A stretch of DNA of 63,695 bases, filler included, from Globobulimina sp. (taxonomy: Eukaryota): NCBI GenBank assembly GCA_003354225.1. It is 45 parts of 45 records of this genome, joined end to end, with 100 filler letters (N's around TTAATTAATTAA, not from the genome) between each part and the next. Parts side by side here need not be neighbours in the genome. Positions count along the whole stretch, not along the records: positions 35,456 to 36,772 come from PIVH01018775.1; positions 36,873 to 38,189 come from PIVH01018776.1; positions 38,290 to 39,606 come from PIVH01018777.1; positions 39,707 to 41,023 come from PIVH01018778.1; positions 41,124 to 42,440 come from PIVH01018779.1; positions 42,541 to 43,857 come from PIVH01018780.1; positions 43,958 to 45,274 come from PIVH01018781.1; positions 45,375 to 46,691 come from PIVH01018782.1; 37 more parts are not named here. One strand, 5' to 3'. The translations under genes and the position numbers were made by a program. Below the pieces are notes generated by a model. That model saw only the letters and a program-made list of their open reading frames with translations. It searched no databases and was not told the origin of the DNA. This document shows positions 35,606 to 48,063 of this stretch, one piece after another (the stretch's first letter is position 1; the number at the start of each line of letters is the position of its first letter).

Positions 35606-36146
35606 GATCAGTGTTTCAGTGTATCAGTGGATCAGTTGGCTTTACCCTATCTATATAATTACGTACATATATAATGGCTCAGTGTCTCACAGTTTCAGTG
35701 GATCAGTTGGCTTTACCCTATCTATATATAATCACGTACGAATATACGACAAGGCAAATGTAACTGATCCACTGATCCACTGATCCACTGATAACGTACA
35801 TAGAGATAATGGCTCAGTGTCTCACAGTTTCAGTGGATCAGTTGGATTTACCCTATCTATATAATAATGTACATATATATATATACATTGGATCAGTGTT
35901 TCAGTGTATCAGTGGTTCAGTTGGATTTACCCTATCTATATAATAACGTACATATATATATTGGATCAGTGTTTCAGTGTTTCAGTGGATCAGTTGGATT
36001 TACCCTATAGATATAATAACGTACATATATACGAGTATCAGTGGATCAGTGTATCAGTGCATCAGTTGGATCCTACCTATGTGTAGTATAGGCCATATGT
36101 ATAGTATAGGCTATGGATCAGTGGATCAGTACATACATGGATCAGT
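35606..36146. repeat. About 70-bp minisatellite built from 8-bp TCAGTGGA-like subunits, about 6 units, with one inverted block
   Basis: Recurrent TCAGTGGATCAGTTGGMTTTACCCTAT...ACGTACATAT; inverted ACTGATCC run at 35763-35792. Confidence 0.9.
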
Positions 36147-36154
36147 ATCTGTGA

Positions 36155-36316
36155 GCTATTTGTAATAGTGATCATATTGTACCTGAATTTATATCCATTA
36201 TAAATCTGTGAAATTCGTAGGTTTTGGTTCCAATTTGGTGCACTTAATTGTTTTATCTCTTTGGTATCACCATCACCAAATTCACCCCACCCATTATATC
36301 CAATGCAATAAAGCAT
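36155..36316 (-). CDS. RCC1-repeat protein N-terminal fragment
   Basis: LYCIGYNGWGEFGDG...ISQIYNG; runs into the satellite. Confidence 0.5.
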
Positions 36317-37249
36317 GTTGTTGAATACGATTGGTTGTGAGAGGCAGGGTGTTGTGGAAAGGAGTTGGAGAGTGAGGAAGATTGAGATAGAGAGTGTGTG
36401 AAAGATTTATTTAGAACAATTAAAACATGGCACCATCTGCTTCCATCCTTACAATATGGACAGCAATGATGTCAACAACCATACATGCGGTTATGGTGAT
36501 TTTCATATCAAGGCCGCGATGATAAACCGATGATAAAATCCATATTACTACTTTTAAAGATGATGTGATGTTGTGACAATTTGTGATTACCAATGATGAC
36601 AATGACAATATGAAATCTGATATGGAAGGCATGTAAAACAGACAAAGGAAAATTATCTGTTGTAAGGATACAAATCATACAATCTGATCTGACAATTTGC
36701 TGGAGAGTACTTTCTGTATCTGAATATTTGTCGATAATAGTAACCGTTTAATTTTGTGTATACCATAATTTCNNNNNNNNNNNNNNNNNNNNNNNNNNNN
36801 NNNNNNNNNNNNNNNNTTAATTAATTAANNNNNNNNNNNNNNNNNNNNNNNNNNNNNNNNNNNNNNNNNNNNGATGATGCGTTCTCATTAGAATGATTTG
36901 ATTTTTTCTATCCACTTATTTGTGTTAATCATGTTTTGATTTATTATGACTTAATATTTCCAAGGGCGTTTTTATAATATTTGATGCATAATATTGCACT
37001 CTGTGATATTATGCAATCTTTGTAAACATTAGTCATCAAGATCAAGAAAGTTATGTTTGACTCGTGCTGCTGTTGGAAACTAGTACTTGGTCATTTCACT
37101 TGTGTATAGCTGTGCATTAATCAACCACCAAAATGGAATCGGTGAAATGTAAATAAATTAAAATACGTATTATATAAAACCCGCCCTCAAAAAACAAAAG
37201 AGATATGAACTGTGAAGAACAATGTTTGTTGTCAATAGTCATTGTCTGT

Positions 37250-38189
37250 TTACGTGTTAGTTGCATGAATGCGATGTGATTTAACCCACTCTGTAAAATC
37301 AGTTTCCTTCGACATCATTTGCACAATTTTTTGTTCCTTGACATGTTGATTTAAAAAACTAGTGCCATCGTCAAATATTATTGATAAATAAATTAATGAT
37401 CTCATCGGTTCTCGATAATATTTATATGCCTCAATTAATATACTTGTAAATTCATTAATATTTTGTTTTAACCATTCAATTGGCGACAACACCACAATCC
37501 GATCAAATATCGACAATGCAGCAAATATTTTGCGTCCTCCATTAATATTATTGCCATTATTATCATTATTTATTTTTATTTCATTTTTTATGATTGGTAA
37601 CAAATATTTTATACATAATTTATGATCGACAATTTTACAAAATTGTGTCACGACATCCAATGCCAACTCGCCGCTTTCCTGCGGTGCACTCGTCCGAAAC
37701 ATATTAATTATACAAACCAATGTTTGTTGAATGTTTTTATTTATACATTTCGGATAAAACCAACAAATCGCTTGCAAGATACGCAATGCATTGCGATGTA
37801 ATATAAATTTGTCACAATTCATAATCTCAATAATATGATATAAAATATCCACACATTTCTCCTCAAAAATTGCTTTATTTCCATTGATTCGATGCGATAA
37901 ATATTTCAACGCATTTTTTGCATCAAAGACGGTCTTGAGATAAGTTTGATTTTTGCTCAATAAAATATCAATTAATTGCTGGTCATTCAACTCATTTAGA
38001 TTTAGACTGTTTAGTGCCTTATTATTGTACTTAAAACTATATTTTTCGCTGATTGGCGCCGGTGTTGTCATGTACATATTTAATGGCGGCGTGGCCATAG
38101 AATCAATCTGCGTCTTTTTAATCGATTTATATCGCTTATTCTGATGCGATGGACTCGTGAATGTCGAACGATTCCTTTTTTTAATATTA
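37250..38189 (-). CDS. HEAT/TOG (CLASP C-terminus-like) protein, partial
   Basis: Ser/Arg/Pro-rich linker followed by helical repeats (LHRNALRILQAI, CIKYLLPII, ILIEAY). Confidence 0.45.
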
Positions 38190-38289
38190 NNNNNNNNNNN
38201 NNNNNNNNNNNNNNNNNNNNNNNNNNNNNNNNNTTAATTAATTAANNNNNNNNNNNNNNNNNNNNNNNNNNNNNNNNNNNNNNNNNNNN

Positions 38290-39349
38290 TGGATTAAATG
38301 CACGAAAACAAGAAATTTTACGAAATGAAAATGTGATTAAAGACGCACGAAACATGAAATCTGATAAAATCATTGAAATCCGCAATGAAAACGAAGATTT
38401 ACGCAAAGAATTAGCAGCAGAGAAGAATAAGAGTGTTAATATGCGATTAATGTACGATGAGGAAAAAGATAAATTATTGCAAGAACAGAAGGCATTGAAT
38501 GGTGTGGTCGATGAAGAACGGCGTAAAATTGATGTTTTAATGAATGAATTTGGAGCAAAGGAAAAGGCTGCGATTAAGACACAAAATAATTTGAGGAATA
38601 TACAGAAAAAACAAGCGAATGAAATTAAAAAATTAAAAGAAATAATCAAAGCAAAAGAGAATCAAATAAATCAACAAATATTACTAATAAACGATTTATT
38701 AAATGAAAATAATAAAAAAGAAGAAGAAAAGAAAGAAAACGAATCTGATTCAAAATCAATATTAAATTCGATAAATATATTTAAAGGGAATAATCACTGT
38801 ATTGTTGATTTAAAAAATTCAATATTTACTACAAAAGGGGTAGATAATTATAAATACACCTATGGAATATTAGAAATTCCGTGGTCAAAAGATGCAAATG
38901 GAGGAATTCATGAGTTTAAATTACAGTGTTTACAAAGTACATTAAATTGTATATCCATTGGCATGGTAACAAATAGCGAGGCAAAAACTGATAGTAATAA
39001 ATGGTTATTTAATGCAAAGGAATGTGGATTATCATATCAATTATTTGTTGGACCTTACACTGCAAACTGCCATCATCAAAATGGCAAACAAGAATATGAA
39101 GAGAGAGATATCAAAAGAAAACCAATATCTGCTGCATGGCAGTATAACAGTTATGGAGTAAATGAGACAATGAGTCTGAGAGTAGATTTTAATAAATTGG
39201 AGTTATCATTTTTTATTAATTCAAATCAAATGGGGAAAACTATTAAAATTAAATCAAAGACATATTATCCTGCTGTTGCATATAGTGTTAATAATAGAAA
39301 TTTTAAGAAATATGGAGCATTACAAATTAAAGTGTTGAGTTTAGATTAA
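38290..39349 (+). CDS. Coiled coil + SPRY/B30.2 protein, 5' truncated
   Basis: Heptad region, then GIHEFKL...ISIGMV...LRVDF...LSFFIN...YYPAV. Confidence 0.75.
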
Positions 39350-39706
39350 ATATGATGAGAATGGGTGTTATCTTAATAATATATGTTACATAATTCTTTT
39401 GCAATTGATCTTCGACTCCATTTTAACTCCATGATTTTAATCGTTTTTAACTCCCCGCAAAGGTGCGCCAAAATGGCACCAACAACAAAGTCTGAAGGAG
39501 CCAATTTTAACTATAAATTTTATGCTGTTCTAATTATCGTTGACTATATGATTAAAACTGAATATATGGAGATTGTAGTCATGAAACTCAGAATTTTTAT
39601 TTCGGANNNNNNNNNNNNNNNNNNNNNNNNNNNNNNNNNNNNNNNNNNNNTTAATTAATTAANNNNNNNNNNNNNNNNNNNNNNNNNNNNNNNNNNNNNN
39701 NNNNNN

Positions 39707-39986
39707 ACTGCAATTTTGAGATTCTGGTGATCCATTCAATGCATCTTCAACTTGTTGCAGTTGGCTTCTTGATAACCACGGTTGAATATATTGCGCATAT
39801 TCTAACGCTAATTCCCTGCATATTTAATTTGTACGTTTGTATCAAATGCGTATCAGTACCATCAATATGGTGTGCGATGAAATATATACACCTCATCGGA
39901 CAATCAAAGTCTTTGGGATATTGTGTTGATGCGCTGACCCATAAACTACATATCAAAAGAACGTATCGCAAAGCCATGGATTGCAT
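39707..39986 (-). CDS. Secreted protein N-terminus, intron 39816-39891
   Basis: Signal peptide; splicing gives DFDCPMR-ELALEYAQYIQPW...DALNGSPE, open to the contig end. Confidence 0.6.
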
Positions 39987-40038
39987 TAACAGTTGGGACT
40001 GACTGCAGGCTTTTCACATAAATGCATCTAGATCAATA

Positions 40039-40404
40039 ATGGACGAATGGAAAGCACAACAAATGAGAGTGAAACGTAAAAGGTTTGTTATTGAAGTTGA
40101 TGGCGATAATATTGCTATGCAGAAAGTTAGTTTATATGCATGGAGAATTGTTCGTTGTTTGGAATCATTGGATATCGATAATTTTATGTTGAAATATTAT
40201 TTCTGTTATGATGAGGACAAAGTTGATATTGAAGCAGCTCATAAATTGGTTGAAACATTTTCAAGTAATTATTCAACATTTGTGGGGAAAGTGTTTGCGG
40301 AAAATGATGAGTCTCATTCAGTTATGATAATATCAAATAAAAATGGTACATTTAATGGATTCAAAGAAAAGTGGATTAACAAAAACTATCGGTGGGAATA
40401 TTGA
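40039..40404 (+). CDS. Hypothetical protein
   Basis: 121-aa ATG ORF. Confidence 0.4.
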   Translation: MDEWKAQQMRVKRKRFVIEVDGDNIAMQKVSLYAWRIVRCLESLDIDNFMLKYYFCYDEDKVDIEAAHKLVETFSSNYSTFVGKVFAENDESHSVMIISNKNGTFNGFKEKWINKNYRWEY

Positions 40405-40661
40405 ATATATTTCGTTTCATTGATTTTATTTTCGTAATATTTATTTTATATATTTAAAAATCTTGTACTGCTGAAAAATACTTTCGATCATGTTTCAGAT
40501 TATCGTTGCACACAATGGAAGATGGGAGATTTTTCGATATCTACCATATTACGAAATGTTTAAAATACACGCAATTCTCCTCAATCTAAATAAGCAAGAA
40601 AAAAACGAATAAAACGTTAAAAAATGTTTACAATGAAGTGAATGAACCAACATTAATTTCA

Positions 40662-41023
40662 TTATTGTTGATTTCTTTGTGATTTAAGTGTTTCAATTTT
40701 GGTGACCGCCACCTGTGGATCCCACTGACTTGCTTCTAGCGCTTGCTTTGATATTTCCATTGGACACTTACAATGATTCGCTACTTTGGTAATCAGATCC
40801 TGTTGCTTTTCATTTTGATTATTTGCTGCATTCATTTGTATCGATATATCACCACTACCAAACAACAAATTTTTGCCATTGCTCCCACCATTCATATTAT
40901 TCCCTTTCTTATTCTGCTTATTCAAATCCGCAATGCTCGACGCTGGCGCATGTTTTACCAATTTACTTTGTGGGATAACACCGCCTAAATGAAGCTACAT
41001 TAATTGTTATATGGTAACATTGT
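40662..41023 (-). CDS. Protein C-terminus with UBA-like domain
   Basis: LITKVANHCKCPMEISKQALEASQWDPQVAV. Confidence 0.5.
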
Positions 41024-41861
41024 NNNNNNNNNNNNNNNNNNNNNNNNNNNNNNNNNNNNNNNNNNNNTTAATTAATTAANNNNNNNNNNNNNNNNNNNNN
41101 NNNNNNNNNNNNNNNNNNNNNNNCGTCATGTTTACCTGTATATAAAAATAGAACATTACGATCCATCGGCATTGACACAAAACCAATCAATATTATAAAT
41201 GCCGAAACTGTTGCAAAAGTTTAGAATATTCTAGAAATTAAAGATTTTTTTTATTTATTTTATTTTATTTTGTACCCCGGCCCAAATACACAGTGTATCA
41301 CCACTCTTATTCACAATACAAACGATCCAAATATTTATAGAATATTGGAAGGTAACGACATCGAACAATATCTATCTCAAGAAAAAGTACCTTTTGATTC
41401 TGCTGATTATGACTATTATAATTATGACGATAATGATAATAATGATAATGAGGAGAATGAGGATGAGGATGAGGATGAGGATCCGGATAATGACAGTAAT
41501 AAAAAAAATAATTATATATCAATTGGATACGATGATAATAATAATAATAATAATAATTGCATTGAATCAGCATCACCATCACCAGACATCAGAGACGAAC
41601 AAGAAAAACCAAATAATAAAATTTTATGAAAACTTGCATTTTAAAAACCGGACTTCACTCTTCATCACCTCATAAACTGCCAAACTCTCTTTTTTGAGGA
41701 ATGTATAAACGAGTAAGCTAGTCAGCGTTTAACTTGCATCCAAATCATCAATAACGCCACAGCGCAGCAGCAGCAGCAGCAGTAACAACCGCATACAGAC
41801 TGAGTGACCATAACTTTCTTGTAACTGAAGTTGTATAAAAACACATTGTCAGTGAGTTGAG

Positions 41862-42440
41862 TTGAGTGAGTGGAGCATGTCGTTTCGGAATCATATTGAA
41901 TCCGAACCATTTGGAAATGATAAGAAAATGAATCAATTAAAGCAAGAACAATTAAATAAAATAAATCGTTCCGCTTTCCCAAAGAAATACACCTATGCGG
42001 GATACTTATTTATCAGAACAGAATCCAATCCACAATGGAGACGAAAATATTTTGTATTGAATAATAATTTTTTGCTATGTGGGGATAATCCATATGCAGA
42101 GCGATTAGCTGCTTGCGTCCCTTTGGAAGGCTCAAATATTGGACAAACCACAAAATCGTCGGATATGACATTTGAATTAACGACGCATTCACAAGACACA
42201 AAAAAAAGCAAACAGAATAAATCAAAAGCACACAGAAAAAGGAAAAAATATTATTTTCGCGCAGATTCACCGAATATGTGTACCCGATGGACGGAGTACA
42301 TCGAACGAGCTTCGACCTTATCCATCAAAGACATTTATAGATTGAGGTACAAACTCGGTAATTCTGACTCGCAGTCCGCCAAAGTCATTGCTGCCAAAAA
42401 CCGGTTCAGCAACGAAGAGTTCGCCATCAAAATCAGCGAC
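41862..42440 (+). CDS. PH domain followed by start of a protein kinase domain (partial)
   Basis: YAGYLF...WRRKYFVL...YYFRADS....RW...I; then IKDIYRL..KLG...KV..A......FAIK. Confidence 0.75.
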
Positions 42441-42543
42441 NNNNNNNNNNNNNNNNNNNNNNNNNNNNNNNNNNNNNNNNNNNNTTAATTAATTAANNNN
42501 NNNNNNNNNNNNNNNNNNNNNNNNNNNNNNNNNNNNNNNNGGA

Positions 42544-42596
42544 CCAAACAGTAAATACACTGTTTGCCAAACAGTATATTTACTGTTTGGCCACTG
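42544..42596. repeat. 47-bp near-perfect palindrome (repeat family C)
   Basis: 23-bp arms, 1 mismatch, 1-nt loop; the right half recurs at 53979-54017. Confidence 0.8.
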
Positions 42597-42884
42597 CTTT
42601 TGTATCTAAACACAGTAGAGCTGAGGATTGCTTTTTTGACAGGCAAAATTTGGTGTACCAAAAATGAGTTAACACGCTTAGATACATCTTTTGCAAATAT
42701 TTAATTTTTTTTGCAAATTTTTTTTTTCTATTTTTTTTTAATTTATCCTAGCTGCAAACACTAAGCAACAACACGTACGATCACAACAAAGAATATATGA
42801 AATATTTTATATTTAATTTACCACTGAATTCGAAGCATTGTAAATAAAAAAAACAAAAAAAAAATGTGAAATTAATTTGTGATA

Positions 42885-43857
42885 TCATTTTTCAGTTTGT
42901 GCTTTTAACCATTTCTCATTTTCTTTTTCATGAATTTCTTTTAATTTTTGTTGCGCAAACAATTGTATTGTGGATGCAATAAACATCAAAATAAAGCCAG
43001 TCACAATTAAACTCCATGCAATTTTAAATAATGGTGTTGATTGTTGCAGCATTGTCTGACTATCGATATTTCCTAAAATAACATTTCTTTGCGTCTCAAA
43101 AAAATCAGTTGCTGCATCCGACAGATATTCGAATCCTAAATGTTCCATATAATCAATAAATTTATTTAACGTTTTCTCATTAAACATAGTAATAAAAAAC
43201 ATTGATTGCATATTAATTTTAATTATCGCCTTTCCGATAAAAGTGGCTCCAAAAAATGTCCAAAACGGCATTTCAAAGTGACCGCAAGCAATACCACACA
43301 TATCGAAGGCCATATTGGGCCATGCCGCAAACGCCAAAACTGCCCAAAAACCATACGCTTCCAAAAAATTGATCATCCATAACTTCATTCGACTAAAAAA
43401 ACGGGAGCCATGCGAGCTTAAATTGTGCTGCAATTCCGCAAATTCATCCTCTTTCCCAGCTCGTGCACGAGCTAAGCTCACCAGATATGGCGGGACCTCA
43501 CCGATTGCCGTGCCAGAGCCCCATAAAAAACCCGCTATGGATACTTTCCAGAATAACCCCCAAAATGTGACAGTTGAGTTTATTTCGTCGTTCTTTTCGA
43601 GGCAAACAAAAGCGTGCTGGCCAAATGTGTTAAATTGCAATGAGTGACAGGTGGCAGCCACCATACAGACTTGGCCTATGAATGGGAATAGGAATAATAA
43701 TCCGGAATGCATTCCAGTGCCTAAACCAATGGAGGACAAAATGCCTAAAATTAGCCACCATAACAACCATTCTATGTAAATATAAAAATATTCAACAAAT
43801 TGAATTTGATACAATGAGGGAATCAGCCAATGACAAGAAATTATAAATAAAATTGGC
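42885..43857 (-). CDS. VMP1: Vacuole membrane protein 1 (VMP1/DedA family), 5' truncated
   Basis: LGILSSIGLGTGMH, WGSGTAIGEVPPY, WPNMAFDMCGIACGHF, FFGATFIGKAIIK. Confidence 0.93.
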
Positions 43858-43957
43858 NNNNNNNNNNNNNNNNNNNNNNNNNNNNNNNNNNNNNNNNNNN
43901 NTTAATTAATTAANNNNNNNNNNNNNNNNNNNNNNNNNNNNNNNNNNNNNNNNNNNN

Positions 43958-44306
43958 AATCGCAAAATAGCATTACTTGATGCATATATGATTGAAACCA
44001 TTGTTGCGCAATTCTTGACGAAAATATCTTTGAGCCACTCGAGGTATAAAGACCAAATCTACTCAAAATAACATTGAATGATTGCTTTAATATGTCAGCC
44101 GGTGGTGCTTTAGAGATCCATTCATCAAAAAATTGATACATGTCTGTATATGTGGCGTGTGGTGCCAAGCCTTCTTTAAATGAGTTATTTATTTCTAAAG
44201 CAAATGTTTCGTTTGTTTCAACATAATTTTGTAATTTGTTAACCATTTCATGATATCCAAATGAAAAAACAAATAATAATGATAATATAAATACTTTCAG
44301 ATTCAT
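43958..44306 (-). CDS. Secreted protein N-terminus, possibly phosphatidylserine decarboxylase-like
   Basis: Signal peptide; helical N-domain ending QQWF..Y.....F.D. Confidence 0.35.
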
Positions 44307-44504
44307 GTTTCAGTAATCTTAAAGGGGTCGTAAAAGTTTATTGGATTTTTAAAAAACGCAGTATTTTCTAACTCGTCGTATTCTAAAGTATTATGATTTG
44401 CGAATTGTGTATTGGGTTTATGGACAGTGCCATGTAAAGCAATTTTATAATTCAACTTTGTCAATCATTAAATACAAACAATTAAGTTCAAGTTAGGCAA
44501 CACA

Positions 44505-45272
44505 TCATTTAATACCAGTACCAGCCCTATAATTTGCTCCCTCAAAAATATTTTTCTTGCTAGCTTTTTTCTCTGCAGATTTTGTAAACACACTTCGCCA
44601 ATATTTTGTATTCATACCATCATTCATTTCAACATCTGGCAACGATACAATTTGTTCATTACCAACATTTTTAACTATGTTTCGTCTCCAAATCGTTAAT
44701 GAATCTCGGAACAATGGCCACCGATATATTTTTTGTTGATAAATTTTATGAAAATGTGTCTGTAATTCAATTTGAAATTGCTTTGAAGTTGTCCTTCCCC
44801 AAACATTTGAGCCAGAATAAGTACATCCAAATAATTCACCAACATGCACGACATAATTTCCTTTATAACATTTCAAACATTCAACCGATGGAAATCCTTC
44901 TTTTCCATCCATTAACTTCCCGAATGTCCGATATCCATCTTCCTGACCCCCATAGTTTCTATTTCTTCGCTGCATAACACCATCATTTATAACCGAAAAA
45001 TCCATCATAAAATCCGGATAAATCATTAACAAAACAAAACGCGAACAATCTTTTAAAATATCATTGATGTTGGCACTGCAATCTTTGTTACAAATATTAA
45101 TCCATTCTTTTGCTTTCTTCATAGACTCACCATCTACGGATGTAACAAAGACAAGACCTTCGTCTTCTATATCTATATCTACTCCTAATTCACCAGTAAT
45201 CTTCTGAATGGTTTCGCCACCCTTACCAATAACAAGGCGGATATCATCTGGGTTGATTTTTATAGTTTCAAT
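44505..45272 (-). CDS. Bacterial PNPase-type KH domain fused in frame to an unrelated hypothetical sequence (probable chimera)
   Basis: IETIKINPDDIRLVIGKGGETIQKITGELGVDIDIEDEGLVFVTSVDGESMKKAKEWIN; no S1 domain follows. Confidence 0.7.
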   Translation of the reverse strand: METIKINPDDIRLVIGKGGETIQKITGELGVDIDIEDEGLVFVTSVDGESMKKAKEWINICNKDCSANINDILKDCSRFVLLMIYPDFMMDFSVINDGVMQRRNRNYGGQEDGYRTFGKLMDGKEGFPSVECLKCYKGNYVVHVGELFGCTYSGSNVWGRTTSKQFQIELQTHFHKIYQQKIYRWPLFRDSLTIWRRNIVKNVGNEQIVSLPDVEMNDGMNTKYWRSVFTKSAEKKASKKNIFEGANYRAGTGIK

Positions 45273-45374
45273 ACNNNNNNNNNNNNNNNNNNNNNNNNNN
45301 NNNNNNNNNNNNNNNNNNTTAATTAATTAANNNNNNNNNNNNNNNNNNNNNNNNNNNNNNNNNNNNNNNNNNNN

Positions 45375-46242
45375 TTGGTTGGTGTTTTGGGTCTGTTTGC
45401 TGTTGAACCAACCATTGATATTATACTATATCTGTCCGTTGCACACATTTTTCTTCTTATTCGTATATACAACGTGGGGCATTGGGTACCAATACAATTC
45501 GTACAAATACGTGAAGGAAATCAAGTTAATTGTGTCTGGATTAGCGTTGTGTTTATTATTTGAAACTCCCATTGTGGTTTTTAATACGTTTTGGTGGCCG
45601 TTGTCTTTTTTGTTAGAGCAACATGGCAGTTTACACGAATGGCGCTTTCGAACCACATTGGATCATTACGCGACATGGCTGGGCATGGTTTTTGCCATTT
45701 ATTTTAATGATATCTATCATTGTTTGACGGTGACATTGAAGAATAGAAAGAAAAGCAAAATACTGATCTGCGTTGGCTGTGTGTTATTGGTTGTGATATG
45801 GTACGAATTTGTGTACAGACATGACAAGTGGACCTATAATAAGATGCATCCGTATACCGAGGCTATACCGATATTTTCATATATTATATTGCGCAATGTA
45901 TGGGACGAATGGCGCCCATATTATTCTCGATTTTTAGCGTGGATGGGACAAATTACGTTGGAATCGTACATATTTCAGTACCATTTGTATATGATAAATG
46001 ATGCAAAATCAATATTGACGGTGATTGATGGCTATCCGTTATGTAATTTTGTTCTCGTGTCTTGTTTTTATGTTTGCATTTCAAGGGTGGCCTTTGATGC
46101 CACAAATACTTTAAGGAATTATTTGTATCCACCAAGATCGAAAAAAGGAAATGTTCAAGTTTTAAAAGAGACGGCTGTCTATATTGCTATTCTAATCTTC
46201 ATGTATATCGTTTCATATATTATGTCACTTTCTATTGAATAA
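45375..46242 (+). CDS. Cas1p/CASD1/RWA-family O-acetyltransferase (not CRISPR Cas1), 5' truncated
   Basis: YYICPLHTFF, HEWRFRTTLDHY, YNKMHPY, YIILRN, GQITLESYIFQYH. Confidence 0.9.
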
Positions 46243-46791
46243 TATTGTTTTTTGACGTTTTTTACATTGCATGCATGGCTATTAGTAGTCGCGGACTTAT
46301 TTACATTTTATTCTTTTCTTTTAGGTAATAAAAGTGAGCGCGACCAGTTTAAAACACAGTTTAAAATTTAAAAATGGTCGCAACCATTCCCTCCAATTTA
46401 CTGTGGTTATGAGATCGCTGTCAAATGATATTACTATATATATGCGAAAAAAGTCTGACGAGGATACGCGATTTCTTGTCATGATGTCATCACTGTGTCA
46501 TGATGACAAGGAAAAAAATAGTGATGACGAGGAAAAAAAAAGTCAGGACAAGAAAGAAAAAAGTTTATGGCAAACGGTCTTGATATCGTGCAAGGAGGAC
46601 ACATGAAAATATTTGAAGGCAGAATTAATCTGTAAATATTGGATATAATACGTTAAAAACACACGCAAACAACAATTAAAACATAAAAAAANNNNNNNNN
46701 NNNNNNNNNNNNNNNNNNNNNNNNNNNNNNNNNNNTTAATTAATTAANNNNNNNNNNNNNNNNNNNNNNNNNNNNNNNNNNNNNNNNNNNN

Positions 46792-46928
46792 AGGTCATTA
46801 TCCATATTACATTTATTATTCTTATTCTCATTGCATTGCATAATCCAGTGATCACCACACAATTTGCAAATATGACAACGGTCATTGGGTGGAGGACGGG
46901 ATGCAGATTCTTTGGCAGTGATTCCCAT
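46792..46928 (-). CDS. Zinc-knuckle fragment (RBBP6-like)
   Basis: PPPNDRCHICKLCGDHWIMQC. Confidence 0.4.
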
Positions 46929-47992
46929 AATGAAAGTTAGTGCTTGTTGCTGACAAAGTTGTTTGAGAAAGGGTTTGTTTAAGCTGTTTATTTATGAGTT
47001 TAAAAACTGCTAAATCAAGGGAAATATATTTAACTTATTTTATACTTTAAAACCTTAAAACGCAACATTTTGGCAACCTCTAATTTAGTAACAAAAACCA
47101 TTAAATTAGCTTTTGAGTTACAAACCAAACACCATGCCAACGTTTCGGAATAAATTAGTCAATAAATTAGCATATCACGCAACACATTGATCAATAACCA
47201 AACCATTGATAGTAATATAACCATCTTATAGATGAATACAATACACCAAACTCTCAAATATTATAATAAGTACAATGTTACCGATGGAAACCATCTCAGC
47301 GACTATATGAGCTATTCATTTTGGGAGAAATAACCGCTGACAATTGAAAATATGGTCTGTTTTTGCCAAATTCAATCGAATTCAAAGCTGGTAACGTTAA
47401 CATTCTGCGGTACCAAACAATAGAGTTTTTGCTTTTAGTTCATTTAATGAATCAACATTTAAATTTTCTATTTTCACTAACATTTGACTGCTTCACTCTG
47501 CAAGTAAGTATGACGAGAATGAACATCGTAAGAGTATATTGTGCATAAAATAGGAATAAAGCATCATTGTGCTGGCAAATGAGTACCTTACATTACGTGC
47601 AATGTGTTTTGTGTTTGCGATTTTGCGCATGCAATTTTGTACAGATATACCTTAATATGATACCAATGCAAAGGCCATACCGCGGTTTGCAAAGGAAACA
47701 ACAGAAAAATGTGCCAATACACATCAATGTGGCTGGAATGGGTAGTAAATGTTGACTCAGTTTAAGGCATTTTCGTAAGCGTCTTTTTTGATAAATATCA
47801 CATTGGCTCTTATCCCAATCAATGTTTTGTGGATTAAATTCCATATTTGGCGCAGATATAATCTCACTGAAAATTCAAAAAATCCAATAAAAAACATTGT
47901 GATATATGCATTAATTTGTGAATCCATCCATTCAACACCTGACATAAGTGACGGCCAATGCATTTTCTTTTAGTTGTTTGTTTGTGTACGTG

Positions 47993-48063
47993 CGGTCGCA
48001 TCAGGATTTGAACCTGAATCTTCTGGATCCATCCATCCAGGGCTCTTCTTGAGCTAAGCGACA
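47993..48063 (-). tRNA. tRNA-like element or pseudo-tRNA with abnormal 8-nt anticodon loop
   Basis: TGTCGCT-TA-GCTC AAGAA GAGC-C-CTGGA TGGATGGA TCCAG-AAGAT-TCAGG TTCAAAT CCTGA-TGCGACC-G. Confidence 0.7.

Noticed and set aside
35606-36146. CRISPR array
   Set aside because: Sequences between the conserved cores resemble each other and are low complexity; this is a minisatellite with no cas genes.
41307-41675. Overlapping ORFs with poly-Y/H/M-R tracts
   Set aside because: Alternative frames of (AAT)n and (GAGGAT)n microsatellites in an acidic low-complexity exon.
45375-46242. Cas1 domain as CRISPR Cas1
   Set aside because: It is the multi-TM Cas1p/CASD1 O-acetyltransferase; the name is coincidental.
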